Source: Bacillota bacterium
GTDB taxonomy: Bacteria > Bacillota > Dethiobacteria > DTU022 > UBA8154
DNA: 57,396 nt
Direction: 5' to 3'
Assembly: GCA_012520035.1 (NCBI GenBank)
Contig: JAAYOY010000090.1
Coordinates: 1-57,396, forward strand
The stretch's first letter is position 1. Each line of letters starts with the position of its first letter. The translations under genes and the position numbers were made by a program. The notes below the pieces were generated by a model. The model saw nothing but the letters and a program-made list of their open reading frames with translations. It did no database searches and was not told the origin of the DNA. Positions 16,645-26,040 of this stretch are shown here, in pieces.

Positions 16645-18225
16645 TTAACCGGCATTTTTTTGTGAAGGACCTATATATTTTTCTCGCATTAAAGGTTTGT
16701 TAATTTTTCCTGTTACGTTGCGTAAGACATTATCGAAGACAATTTTCTCCGGCCATTTATATTTAGCCAACCCCTGCTGTGAACAAAATTCAATGACTTC
16801 TTTTTCGGTCATTGTTTCTCCGGGATATAACTGGATTATCGCCATGGCTATCTCCACCAGCCTTTCATGAGGATAACCTATTACAGCTACATCCGCAATC
16901 TTTGAATTTCTGCGCAATACATCTTCAATCTCAACCGGGAAGATGTTTTCTCCTCCCCTGATAATGAGATCTTTCTTTCTGTCCGCGATATAAATATAGC
17001 CATCCTCATCCATTCTAACCAGGTCACCGGTGTAGAGCCAGCCATCAACAAGCGTTTTACCTGTCATTTCAGGGTTTTTAAAGTATTCTTTCATGTTTCT
17101 AGGCCCTTTCAGGAGCAGTTCACCTACTTCACCAACAGGAACATCCTTTCCGTTTTCATCAACTATTCTTGTTTCCACATTAAAAGTACCTTTACCAATT
17201 GAACCGGGTCTATCTAATACATCTTCGTCATACAAGTTTATTGTGCCTCCGCCACCGCCTTCAGTGATGCCGTAAATATTGCCTGTTTTAAAAGGAAGGA
17301 GCTCTTTCATATCTTTATACAGTGAGGAAGGTACAGGTTGCGCTCCGATTACAATACTACCTGTTACATGGGAAAAGTCATATTTGCTCAAATCAATCGT
17401 ACCCTTTTTAACGGCATTTACAGTATCGGACATGGTAGGTACCGTAACCCAACCATGGGTTACTTTCTCCTGGTAAATGGCATCCAATAAATAGCTCGGT
17501 TCATTTAATTCCAAGAGAATAATAATCTTGCCACCGGCCAGGTAGGACGGAAACGAAAGGAAGAAGCTCCCGCTGTGATAAAAGGGGTGAGGCGCCAGAT
17601 AAACCGTCTGGTGGCCTTCACCATAGGTTAGTGCATTGCCTATACCTATTTGATATAGGTTATTGTGCGCCTGGCAAACAGGCTTGGGAGGTCCGGTTGT
17701 CCCGGAGGTAAACATCAGCTCTGCCGGATCCTCCCCATCGACATTAACGATAATATCCTCTGGAGAAGAGCTTTCCATTATCTCGTTATATGAAACCATA
17801 TTATCCGGAATATTCTCACCAATACAAATATAAGAAATCACACTGTTTAGTTCACCTTCTATCGGCTGAACCTTGGGAAGAAAACCTTCTCCAAAAATAA
17901 AAACCTTTGGATTGCAGGCATCAGCTGCATATTTGATATCATTGGGAGCAAATCGGAAATTTAACGGTACAGCAACAGCGCCTACCCTTAAAATAGCATG
18001 AAAAGTGACAATCCATTCCATGCTATTCATTTGCAAATGAAGGACATAATCACCTTTTTGCACACCGAGCTTATTTTTCAAATAATTGGCAACTTTATTG
18101 GTTTGTTCGTTAAATTCTTTCCATGTTAAAGAACGTCTCATTTTTTTTGATGGGGTAAGCTCAATAAGAAACTCCTGCTGTGGGTACTTCTTCGCATTTA
18201 TGATGCCATAATAAGAAAAATTCAT
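16645..18225 (-). CDS. AMP-dependent acyl-CoA synthetase/ligase (second, divergent paralog)
   Basis: 526 aa with FTSGTTGPPKPV, GEL.LKGP, YTGDLVRMDEDGYIYIADRKKD. AGGAGG RBS. Confidence 0.9.
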   Translation of the reverse strand: MNFSYYGIINAKKYPQQEFLIELTPSKKMRRSLTWKEFNEQTNKVANYLKNKLGVQKGDYVLHLQMNSMEWIVTFHAILRVGAVAVPLNFRFAPNDIKYAADACNPKVFIFGEGFLPKVQPIEGELNSVISYICIGENIPDNMVSYNEIMESSSPEDIIVNVDGEDPAELMFTSGTTGPPKPVCQAHNNLYQIGIGNALTYGEGHQTVYLAPHPFYHSGSFFLSFPSYLAGGKIIILLELNEPSYLLDAIYQEKVTHGWVTVPTMSDTVNAVKKGTIDLSKYDFSHVTGSIVIGAQPVPSSLYKDMKELLPFKTGNIYGITEGGGGGTINLYDEDVLDRPGSIGKGTFNVETRIVDENGKDVPVGEVGELLLKGPRNMKEYFKNPEMTGKTLVDGWLYTGDLVRMDEDGYIYIADRKKDLIIRGGENIFPVEIEDVLRRNSKIADVAVIGYPHERLVEIAMAIIQLYPGETMTEKEVIEFCSQQGLAKYKWPEKIVFDNVLRNVTGKINKPLMREKYIGPSQKNAG

Positions 18226-18289
18226 CTGATAAACGCCTCCTAGATTAGGAAATAATTAAAATCTTCAACCTATTTTTATAACAGAAGGG

Positions 18290-18369
18290 GACAGCGCTGC
18301 AGTAGGAGTTCAGACTCGAGTGATCATGTGTTTTCCCGAAAAGTACCTGAACACCAACTGCAAGCTGTC
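18290..18369. repeat. Long imperfect inverted repeat (about 23-bp arms, 33-nt loop) between iorB and the ligase gene
   Basis: GACAGCGCTGCAGTAGGAGTTCAG ... CTGAACACCAACTGCAAGCTGTC. The arms pair with a few mismatches. Confidence 0.6.
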
Positions 18370-18406
18370 AGCTCATTATCTAAGAAGATATTTGCCTCAT
18401 AATTAA

Positions 18407-18994
18407 TCAAGCCAATTGTATTTGTCTGCCTGCCTCAAAGGCTTTTAAGTTTAAATCCACAAACCTCTCCGGTACCATACGTTTAATAACGTTAAGCCAG
18501 GCGCTCTCTTCACCGCCAACCAGACTGGAAAGGGCGCCAAGCATAACTACCCCAATGACTGCTGGATTACCGAGTTCTTTTGCTTTCTCCGTAGCGTTAA
18601 TCCAAAACACCCTGGAAGCAGCACTCTTTAGCAGGGAATCCAGTTCCTCTTCACGAGGGTACCTGGCTTTCCCAAGGTTTACCGACGGAGGCGGAATGCG
18701 ATAACGATTTACTATAACCACAGCATCTTTTTTAATAAAAGCCGGCCATCTTCCCGCTTCGAGCATTTCAAAACCAAGCAAGTAATCCACATCTCCCTGA
18801 ATGGCCACAGGCGCATAGACCTTATCCCCCCAACGTATATGGCTTTCCACTGTACCGCCACGCTGGGCCATCCCATGTACTTCTGCCTTCTTAACATCAT
18901 AACCTAACTCCAGTCCCACTTCCGCCAGAATATTGCTGGCCAGAATAGTTCCCTGTCCGCCAACACCGGCCATCAAGAAATCAATTTTTTCCAC
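18407..18994 (-). CDS. iorB: Indolepyruvate:ferredoxin oxidoreductase, beta subunit
   Basis: 195 aa. FLMAGVGGQGTILASNILA...AEVHGMAQRGG is typical of IorB/POR-gamma. GTG start with a GGAGG RBS. Directly downstream of iorA. Confidence 0.85.
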   Translation of the reverse strand: MEKIDFLMAGVGGQGTILASNILAEVGLELGYDVKKAEVHGMAQRGGTVESHIRWGDKVYAPVAIQGDVDYLLGFEMLEAGRWPAFIKKDAVVIVNRYRIPPPSVNLGKARYPREEELDSLLKSAASRVFWINATEKAKELGNPAVIGVVMLGALSSLVGGEESAWLNVIKRMVPERFVDLNLKAFEAGRQIQLA

Positions 18995-19030
18995 CTGCCA
19001 GCCTCCTCTCTTATCAAAACATATTGTTGT

Positions 19031-20794
19031 TTAGTTAACTTCATGAACAATGGCCTCAACAGGACAAACCTGAACACAAAGGCCGCAACCGTTGCAAAGC
19101 ATTGGATCTATACTTACATTATTCTCTTCCTGCATGAGAGGTGAGCACCCCAGATCCAGGCAGGTCCCACAGTTGGTACACTCGTCGGCATTAACCTGTG
19201 GAGGGGTGCGTTTTTCCTTAGTGTAAAGGACACAAGGCCGCTTGGAGATAATTACCGAAGGCTTCCCGCTATTAAGGTGATTTTCCAGCACCTCCTCGAA
19301 TTTCTCCAGATTATACGGATCAACCACATCTACCAGGTTATAACCTATACTGCGCACCAGTTTTTCCAGATCCACCGCATGGGTTGTTTTTTTCTGCAGG
19401 GTAATACCTGTTCCAGGATGTTGCTGGTGTCCTGTCATCGCCGTTACACTGTTATCGGCAATAATAACAGTGATATTGCTCTCATTGTAGAGCACATCTA
19501 TCAGGGGATGAATACCCGAATGGAAAAAGGTAGAATCCCCGATGACGGCTACGATACGGTCTTTAACCCCTGCTTTTGCCACCCCATGAGCCACCCCGAT
19601 ACTAGCCCCCATACATCCGCACGTATGCATAGCGCTCAAGGGAGGCGCAAAGCCCAGGGTATAGCACCCGATATCACCAAGCACTAAAACGCCGGTCTCC
19701 CTGAGAACATGGAACATACCGCGATGGCCACACCCCGGACAAAGTATTGGCGGCCGTATAGGAAGCTCGACAGCAGGGGCAGTTGCTGCTGCTTCCGCTT
19801 CAACTGCCGGTGCATCAATCAATCCCGCTTCAAGGGCACACTGATGGATTAGGGAAGGACTAAATTCACCGATCATGGGGAAAATATCCTTTCCTTTTAC
19901 TTCTATCCCCATCAAACGGATATGCTCTTCAAAAAAGGGATCCAGTTCCTCAATTACTACTACGGTTTTTACCCTGGAAGCAAATTCTTTAATGAGTTTT
20001 TGCGGCAGGGGATAAACCATGCCCAGCTTAAGGAAGGTAGCGTTAGGGAAAACCTCACGTGCATACTGGTAAACTGAACCGGAGGCAACAATCCCCAGGG
20101 AATCATCGCCCGGTTCAATACGGTTTATGGCAATTGTTTCAGCATAGTCGGCCAGTTTTTTTATTTTCTCTTCGATTACCGGATGACGTTGGCGGGCATT
20201 GGCAGGAACCATCACACATTTTAAAGGATTACGTTCATAAAGCGGAAGGTCCTCCGGAGGCGGTGGTGGACCGTCTTCCAGGATCTCTACCGGTGAAGAA
20301 GAATGGGATATACGCGTAACGGTCCGTACTATTACCGGTGTATCAAATGCCTCGCTCATTTCCAGCGCGATACCCATAAACTGCTTGCATTCCTCGCTGT
20401 CGGCCGGTTCAAGCATGGGAAGTTTAGCAAATTTGGCATAGTTTCGATTGTCCTGTTCATTTTGAGAACTGTGCATACCCGGATCGTCAGCACAGGCGAT
20501 GACCAGCCCTCCTTTTAACCCGGTATAGACAGCATAAAAAAGTGAATCAGCAGCAACGTTTAACCCCACGTGCTTCATGGAAACCATGGCCCTGCTGCCT
20601 GCATATGCAGCACCGATTCCCACGTCCATGGCCACTTTTTCGTTAGGTGCCCATTCGGCAAAAACCCCCGGGTACCTGGCGAAGTTTTCCATTATCTCTG
20701 TGCTGGGCGTCCCCGGATAGGCTGCACCTACCCGTACCCCGCTGAGATAAGCACCATAGGCCAGAGCCTCATTTCCTGTCATTAGTTTTTTCAA
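19031..20794 (-). CDS. iorA: Indolepyruvate:ferredoxin oxidoreductase, alpha subunit (TPP plus 2x[4Fe-4S])
   Basis: 587 aa. MTGNEALAYGA...YPGTPSTEI, GDIGCYTLG, GDSTFFHSG (TPP motif). C-terminal CTNCGTC...CNGCGLCVQVCP ferredoxin domain. Confidence 0.9.
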   Translation of the reverse strand: MKKLMTGNEALAYGAYLSGVRVGAAYPGTPSTEIMENFARYPGVFAEWAPNEKVAMDVGIGAAYAGSRAMVSMKHVGLNVAADSLFYAVYTGLKGGLVIACADDPGMHSSQNEQDNRNYAKFAKLPMLEPADSEECKQFMGIALEMSEAFDTPVIVRTVTRISHSSSPVEILEDGPPPPPEDLPLYERNPLKCVMVPANARQRHPVIEEKIKKLADYAETIAINRIEPGDDSLGIVASGSVYQYAREVFPNATFLKLGMVYPLPQKLIKEFASRVKTVVVIEELDPFFEEHIRLMGIEVKGKDIFPMIGEFSPSLIHQCALEAGLIDAPAVEAEAAATAPAVELPIRPPILCPGCGHRGMFHVLRETGVLVLGDIGCYTLGFAPPLSAMHTCGCMGASIGVAHGVAKAGVKDRIVAVIGDSTFFHSGIHPLIDVLYNESNITVIIADNSVTAMTGHQQHPGTGITLQKKTTHAVDLEKLVRSIGYNLVDVVDPYNLEKFEEVLENHLNSGKPSVIISKRPCVLYTKEKRTPPQVNADECTNCGTCLDLGCSPLMQEENNVSIDPMLCNGCGLCVQVCPVEAIVHEVN

Positions 20795-20830
20795 TGTTAT
20801 TATTCCTCCTTTCTTTTAGCTACTGGAACT

Positions 20831-22036
20831 TCATTGGGATGAAGCCAATTGTTCAAAAAATGGTTCCAATCTGGCAAGAATTTGGGCCTCGGAGAAAAAG
20901 CGCAAGTCGGACATATCAGCATCAAAAACCACCCCTGGTAGGCCGGTTCTTTCGCTTAAAACGCTGCGTTTGTCGTAAAGGCCCAGGGAAGTCGGTTTGC
21001 AGCTGCGGTTTGAAAAAAGCACGAAACCGTCAACACCGTACTTTCTAAAAAAATTCATTTTCAACTGTAATCTGTGTTCAAAAGAGCGGTTGACAAACTC
21101 CTCGGTATAGTTTTCCGCCAGGCTTTCAAGGGGGCGCTCCAGGTCAAACGAGTAGGCCCAGGAATGGGTATACTGTGAAACGGCTACCAGGGAATTATGG
21201 GATGCAAACAGCTCGGAAAACCAGCGCAGTTTTGGCCAAAGGGGTATATGGTCAAAATATATTTTAAAGCGTTCGTTGGGTATAGCATATTTCCCCTCTT
21301 TTATTCTCTCATCAACCTCCTCCTTGAGCGCCTGGTAATATTCAACCGCTTCACGCGTACCGCGCATGGTAACAATAGGAGCCATATGGAAACATGCATC
21401 AAAAAAGCCGAAAGGCGCCGGTTTCATGGCAGCGGTGTCGAGAATCTCATTCCAGAGCCGGCATGTTTCGTTGGAGAGGTGCAGTACCTCGAGCAAGCGA
21501 TCATAGTCGAAGGGTTTGCCGGTGATCTCTTCCAGGAAGGCAATCATCTCTTTAAGCTGGTCTACGTAATAACCGGTGGCAAGCTCTTCAGGCTGATCCA
21601 GTATCTGGGGTGCATCAAGCAGGAAGTAAGGTACGTTATAAAACCTGCTGGCTACTTCAAACCACTTCGACAGGGAGCCGCACTGGGTGTTACAGCAAAA
21701 TGTTACGTCCGGCTTAAGAATTTCCCCTACAGGATGCTCTTCGGCATAGGCATCCCCTATACCGCAGCGGGCATAACCGCACAGATCGTGAGCATACCCT
21801 TTGGCTTCAGCATAACGGGAGAGCTTATCCGCCACCTTCCTTGCCGAAGCAAGCGCACCAAAATTCTCCGGATAATAAGGAAATATCCCTGCCGCGTAGA
21901 GTAGCTCTACCGGAAAGATTGCGGTCACCCAGGCGACTGGAATGCGTTTTTCCTTTGCAGCAGCTCCTTTGGCATAGTATTCTTGCATGATCTCTTTCAT
22001 CCGGGCAGCTGTTTTAAAGGTTTTTTTCTCAGACAT
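20831..22036 (-). CDS. 2-hydroxyacyl-CoA dehydratase / benzoyl-CoA reductase BcrB/BadE/HgdA-type subunit (HGD-D family)
   Basis: Start trimmed to ATG 22036 (MSEKKTFKTAARMKEIMQEYY...). ...PVAWVTAIFPVELLYAAGIFPYYPEN...DLCGYARCG is characteristic of the family. Overlaps the upstream gene by 8 nt. Confidence 0.8.
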   Translation of the reverse strand: MSEKKTFKTAARMKEIMQEYYAKGAAAKEKRIPVAWVTAIFPVELLYAAGIFPYYPENFGALASARKVADKLSRYAEAKGYAHDLCGYARCGIGDAYAEEHPVGEILKPDVTFCCNTQCGSLSKWFEVASRFYNVPYFLLDAPQILDQPEELATGYYVDQLKEMIAFLEEITGKPFDYDRLLEVLHLSNETCRLWNEILDTAAMKPAPFGFFDACFHMAPIVTMRGTREAVEYYQALKEEVDERIKEGKYAIPNERFKIYFDHIPLWPKLRWFSELFASHNSLVAVSQYTHSWAYSFDLERPLESLAENYTEEFVNRSFEHRLQLKMNFFRKYGVDGFVLFSNRSCKPTSLGLYDKRSVLSERTGLPGVVFDADMSDLRFFSEAQILARLEPFFEQLASSQ

Positions 22037-23177
22037 TGCTTTCACCCCCAACCATCTCCATAAATGCATGTATTCTTGTTTGCAGTTGGCCCAGTGAGGT
22101 ATCTCCAAATTCGGTTTCGATACGCATGGAGGGAATTCCCGCCTGCTCTAATGCCTGCAAGTTGTCGTAGTAATCGTAGTTCTCCGGTTCACAGTATTTC
22201 AGATGCAGAAAGAGTACTCCCTGTGCCTTTTTCTGTTGTGATGCTTTTACAAGGTTATAACGGCGCGGAGCCGAAGGTACATCGTAACCGGCAAAAGGTT
22301 TTTTCTTTAACTGGCGGTTTACCAGCGACTCCAAGGGGGATATGCCGGCCTCTTCTACATCGTCTTGGATATATCGATATCCGTTTTTTAGGTCATCCCC
22401 GACAACGGTCCCACCGCTTTCATCCAGGTAATCCAGTACTTCCGGGGGGTTGATGAATGTGCCGGAAATATATAATTTTGTTTTCTTTTTACCAGCTGGA
22501 GGCTTTGTTTGTTCTTCCAGCGTTGCTACCAGCTCGCTTAAATACCGGTTTAGTTTTTCCCTTTCAATTACCATGGAAGCCCCGAGCACGGTGTAAAGGT
22601 CTTTATTACTGATAGCCTCCGGGTTATGTTCATGAATGTTATACAGCTTGCGCAACAAGCCCCTGTTACTGTTGTAAAGCCGGATACTTTGTTTTAATTC
22701 TTCATCGGTGATCTCTTTTCCTCTGTATGCGCTCAGGTTGTATTTTATTCTCTCCAGTTCCTTAAAAAGGTATTTTTTAGCGCTCGGGCGCTCGACTTGT
22801 TTTGGCAAGCGGTAGCTATCCATATAGGGAAGCGGCTTGTTGTGTTTCCAGATACCGGGAAGCAAACGGGTAGAATCACACGTGAGCGGGACAATTATCC
22901 CATCTAAAAAGTCAAGTTCACCGTTTATGGCCATGGCCAACCCCTTTCGGACGTAGGAACACGCCCAAGACTGCAGATGGGCTTCCGCCTGCTCCAGTCG
23001 TGCCCTACCGCCACAAATGCCGAAAGGGAAAAAACCTGCCGCGTGAATTAACTCCTCCGGAACTTCAGTCAGTAGAAAACCGATTGCTTTACCGCCTGTA
23101 TCTTGTTTCCACTCCTTGACCTGCCGGCCGGGGTCCGCAAATGTTTTTTTTAGAACTTCTAATACTTCTATGCTCAC
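22029..23177 (-). CDS. 2-hydroxyacyl-CoA dehydratase / BcrC/BadD/HgdB-type subunit (HGD-D family)
   Basis: 382 aa. ...GGKAIGFLLTEVPEELIHAAGFFPFGICGG...SWACSYVR. Translationally coupled with 20831..22036. Confidence 0.8.
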   Translation of the reverse strand: MSIEVLEVLKKTFADPGRQVKEWKQDTGGKAIGFLLTEVPEELIHAAGFFPFGICGGRARLEQAEAHLQSWACSYVRKGLAMAINGELDFLDGIIVPLTCDSTRLLPGIWKHNKPLPYMDSYRLPKQVERPSAKKYLFKELERIKYNLSAYRGKEITDEELKQSIRLYNSNRGLLRKLYNIHEHNPEAISNKDLYTVLGASMVIEREKLNRYLSELVATLEEQTKPPAGKKKTKLYISGTFINPPEVLDYLDESGGTVVGDDLKNGYRYIQDDVEEAGISPLESLVNRQLKKKPFAGYDVPSAPRRYNLVKASQQKKAQGVLFLHLKYCEPENYDYYDNLQALEQAGIPSMRIETEFGDTSLGQLQTRIHAFMEMVGGESNV

Positions 23178-23257
23178 TTGCTATCTCCTTTCCGCAACTA
23201 AAAATATTAACTGTCTCAATATAGCTCTAAGGGCCACTGCGAGAACTACACACGTTG

Positions 23258-24256
23258 TTATTTGCGAGAGGGTTCAAATTCTGGAGCAATATTACTTAAT
23301 GGCTCTCCTTTTAAAAAGCGTTCGATATTATCTACAAAAACACCGCCGAATCTCGCAGCATACATATCCGTCCAGCTGGAAACATGCGGAGTAATAATAA
23401 CATTTGGCGTTTCCCAAAGTTCATCTTCCGGAGGCAAGTAAGAAGGCAGGGGATTCTTAATCCATTGCGTATCGTTCGCAGCTCCGGCAATCCATCCCTC
23501 CCTCAAAGCTTTCATCAGGGCATCTTTAACAACCAACGAGCCGCGGGCACAATTTATCAGATAAGCTGTCTTTTTCATCAATTTAAAACGCTCTTCATTC
23601 ATTAAACCCAAAGTTTCGGGAGTCTCAGGGCAAGAGAGGACAAGAAAATCCGCCTGTTTAATTACTTCGTCCACCTGATCATTCAAATACATTTCATCTA
23701 CGTTGGGAATATCCATAATAAGAATATCTGTTCCAATCACGCGCATATCAAAGCCTTTGGCCCTTTTTGCAATCTGGCGCCCAATTCCCCCGAGGCCAAT
23801 TATTCCCAGCGTCTTTCCATAGAGTTCTTCACCGCATACACGGACAAATTTCTTTTCCTTTTGATTATCCCAAATCTGATTATATTTTTTTGCTAAATTC
23901 AGCATAAGTCCAAGCGTAAATTCCGCCACCGGTATTCCAGAACCTCCGGGCAGATGCAGCAACGGAATATGGGCGGGCATTTTCCCCCACTTAATGAAGT
24001 GATCATAACCTGAACTGAAGGTCATTACCCATTGCAGGTCTTTCATCTGCGGAATTTTTTCAACTATCATTCCTGTACCGATAATATGCGTATCTAAAAC
24101 ATCATCATCAAGCGACGAACCATCCTGGGATAAACGGATACGAATTTCGCCCTTGGCGACTTTATCCGGGAAACGTTCTCTAATCAATTGTTCATACTCA
24201 TCCGGAGTGCCCAACCCGGGTTGTAAAACAATCAAGATGTTAAGAGGATTAAACAT
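23258..24256 (-). CDS. D-isomer-specific 2-hydroxyacid dehydrogenase (NAD-binding)
   Basis: 332 aa. GKTLGIIGLGGIGRQIAKRAKGFDMRVIG...NCARG...TPHVSS catalytic and NAD motifs. GGAGG RBS. Confidence 0.85.
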   Translation of the reverse strand: MFNPLNILIVLQPGLGTPDEYEQLIRERFPDKVAKGEIRIRLSQDGSSLDDDVLDTHIIGTGMIVEKIPQMKDLQWVMTFSSGYDHFIKWGKMPAHIPLLHLPGGSGIPVAEFTLGLMLNLAKKYNQIWDNQKEKKFVRVCGEELYGKTLGIIGLGGIGRQIAKRAKGFDMRVIGTDILIMDIPNVDEMYLNDQVDEVIKQADFLVLSCPETPETLGLMNEERFKLMKKTAYLINCARGSLVVKDALMKALREGWIAGAANDTQWIKNPLPSYLPPEDELWETPNVIITPHVSSWTDMYAARFGGVFVDNIERFLKGEPLSNIAPEFEPSRK

Positions 24257-24742
24257 AAAAAAGACACCTCCACAAAATTATAATTTATTTTCCGTTCAGG
24301 AAACAATCCATACTGCCGTATTACTTTCCAAATTTAACGACAGGGCTGATCACATTTTGCGCAGAGGTATCCGTTCTACCATTCTTCAGCCTGAAAAATG
24401 ATTTTTTTATAAACCCTTTTAAAAAACAAACTGCCAAACCACAAAATTAGTGCTAAAATAGGGATAAGAGTTAGTTTTAACAGTTATTTCATATCCTAAT
24501 AGGTGAACTATTTTATGTTTTTCTAATTATCTGATTTGTTAATGAATAAACATCCCCTGCCTTTCGAATTATTTTATCTTTGCCTTATCATCTTTATAAT
24601 ACATATTCTACAATGAGGCAGTTTTTCCTGCGGAAAATATAAAAAAAAATAAAATATCCCTTTTTTTTGATTAAAATATAATGTCTGAATATTTATAGCA
24701 TGAAACAATAAGATATTGACCATATATTTTATGTTTTTGTTT

Positions 24743-25570
24743 TTATATATTCAATAACATAGCGGCAGTGCCACCCAAAATTCGTTCTTTCGCTTCTTCA
24801 TTAAGAGGCAGCTGCCTTAATTCACTAATATTATGTTTTATATCCTTTACTCCAGGCCAGTCAGAACCAAATAATACCTTATGACTAATTTTTTCCAACT
24901 CAGGGAAATAATAGGTTAATTTTTTAGGAGGCAAACCTGCTATCTCCATATAAACGTTGGCATGTAGCTTTGCTAAGAAAAAAGCCCTGTCATACCAGAA
25001 TCCCCTGCCCCCGTGGACAAGAATAATCTTCATCTTTGGAAAATCAACAGCCACATCATCCAGATAAAGGGGATCTCCATACTTAAGCCTTGCCCCTTCA
25101 AAAACAGAAGAACCGGTATGAAACATAACCGGAATCTGCAACTCCTCAGCCCGAGCATATAAAGGATACAATGAAGGGTCATTTGGATAAAAATGCTGGT
25201 ATGTAGGATACATTTTTATTCCCCGGTACCCTTTTTCTACCAGACGTTGCAGCTCTATGTCCATTCTAACAGTAGTGAAGGGGTTTATACTGGCGAATGG
25301 GATTAGCATTTCCTGCCCCCGGCAGAACTCAAGCACATATTCGTTGGAACATATACCGGTTACTGCAGGACTAAGTTCTGCCAGGACAACTCCGTAATCG
25401 ACCCCACTTGCTTTTAAGTATTGCACGAAAAAATTCGGATCACAGTATGATGCGTAAAATTCATCCCAGTTCTTCCCCGCATGTATACTCTTAAGCCAAT
25501 TAAGAGTACTTTCTCCGTAATACTCATAATGTATAGGGTGAAGATGAAAATCAATAACGGGAGTGTCCAT
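24743..25570 (-). CDS. Amidohydrolase-2 (TIM-barrel metal-dependent hydrolase/decarboxylase) family protein
   Basis: 275 aa. VIDFHLHP..., ...MFHTG..., ...ILVHGG..., ...FGSDWP metal-ligand pattern of PF04909-like proteins. Confidence 0.75.
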   Translation of the reverse strand: MDTPVIDFHLHPIHYEYYGESTLNWLKSIHAGKNWDEFYASYCDPNFFVQYLKASGVDYGVVLAELSPAVTGICSNEYVLEFCRGQEMLIPFASINPFTTVRMDIELQRLVEKGYRGIKMYPTYQHFYPNDPSLYPLYARAEELQIPVMFHTGSSVFEGARLKYGDPLYLDDVAVDFPKMKIILVHGGRGFWYDRAFFLAKLHANVYMEIAGLPPKKLTYYFPELEKISHKVLFGSDWPGVKDIKHNISELRQLPLNEEAKERILGGTAAMLLNI

Positions 25571-25625
25571 TCGCCAAAACCCCTTTCACCTTAAGACCTC
25601 TGCATTCCTCAACTGCTTAATCAGA

Positions 25626-26036
25626 TTATGCCGGCAAAAATTGATAGCTTACCTGCCCATTTGGAAGAGAAATTGCCTCAGCTTTTACTTCCTTACCAAC
25701 TGCAATTTGTTCTTCAGGGGTATCTTTGCTTATACGGCCGAAAACTTTAATTCCATTGAAATCCGCCAGTGCAAGAATATAGGGTACATCATCTTCGAAA
25801 CCGGTGGGGCCATAATTTACCTTCGTAAAGCTTATGATCCTCCCGCTTCCTTCAACTTTTACCCACTCCATATCTCTTGCCAAACAGGAACTGCAATCTG
25901 CTTGCGGAGGGAAAAAGACGCGGCCACACGCGCGGCATTTGGTAGCACGTATTTCATTTTTGCTCAGATAGTCTACAAAAGCCTCTGTTTTTGTTTGAGA
26001 TGTAAAGCTGACATGTCCAAATTTTTCAAAACCCAT
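25626..26036 (-). CDS. DUF35 Zn-ribbon/OB-fold protein (thiolase partner, BbsA-like)
   Basis: Start trimmed to ATG 26036 (MGFEKFGHV...) with a GGGAGG RBS. CRACGRVFFPPQADCSSC rubredoxin-like Zn ribbon followed by an OB-fold. Located 2 nt after the thiolase stop. Confidence 0.8.
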   Translation of the reverse strand: MGFEKFGHVSFTSQTKTEAFVDYLSKNEIRATKCRACGRVFFPPQADCSSCLARDMEWVKVEGSGRIISFTKVNYGPTGFEDDVPYILALADFNGIKVFGRISKDTPEEQIAVGKEVKAEAISLPNGQVSYQFLPA

Positions 26037-26040
26037 TTTT

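Noticed and set aside
21197-21904. 235-aa plus-strand ORF. Similar long antisense ORFs occur at 25563..26186, 33949..34431, 19277..19687, 41900..42316, 49634..50062 and 56831..57388.
   Set aside because: All are embedded antisense in well-supported minus-strand genes with clear family signatures. None has an RBS or a recognisable domain.
24525-24538. A third copy (AATTATCTGATTTG, inverted) of the AAATTAGATAATTT palindrome core in the spacer upstream of the 2-hydroxyacid dehydrogenase operon, as evidence for a shared operator.
   Set aside because: It is only a 13/14 match to a short AT-only motif in very AT-rich DNA. Chance occurrence is plausible, and the flanking ~95-bp repeat is not present there.
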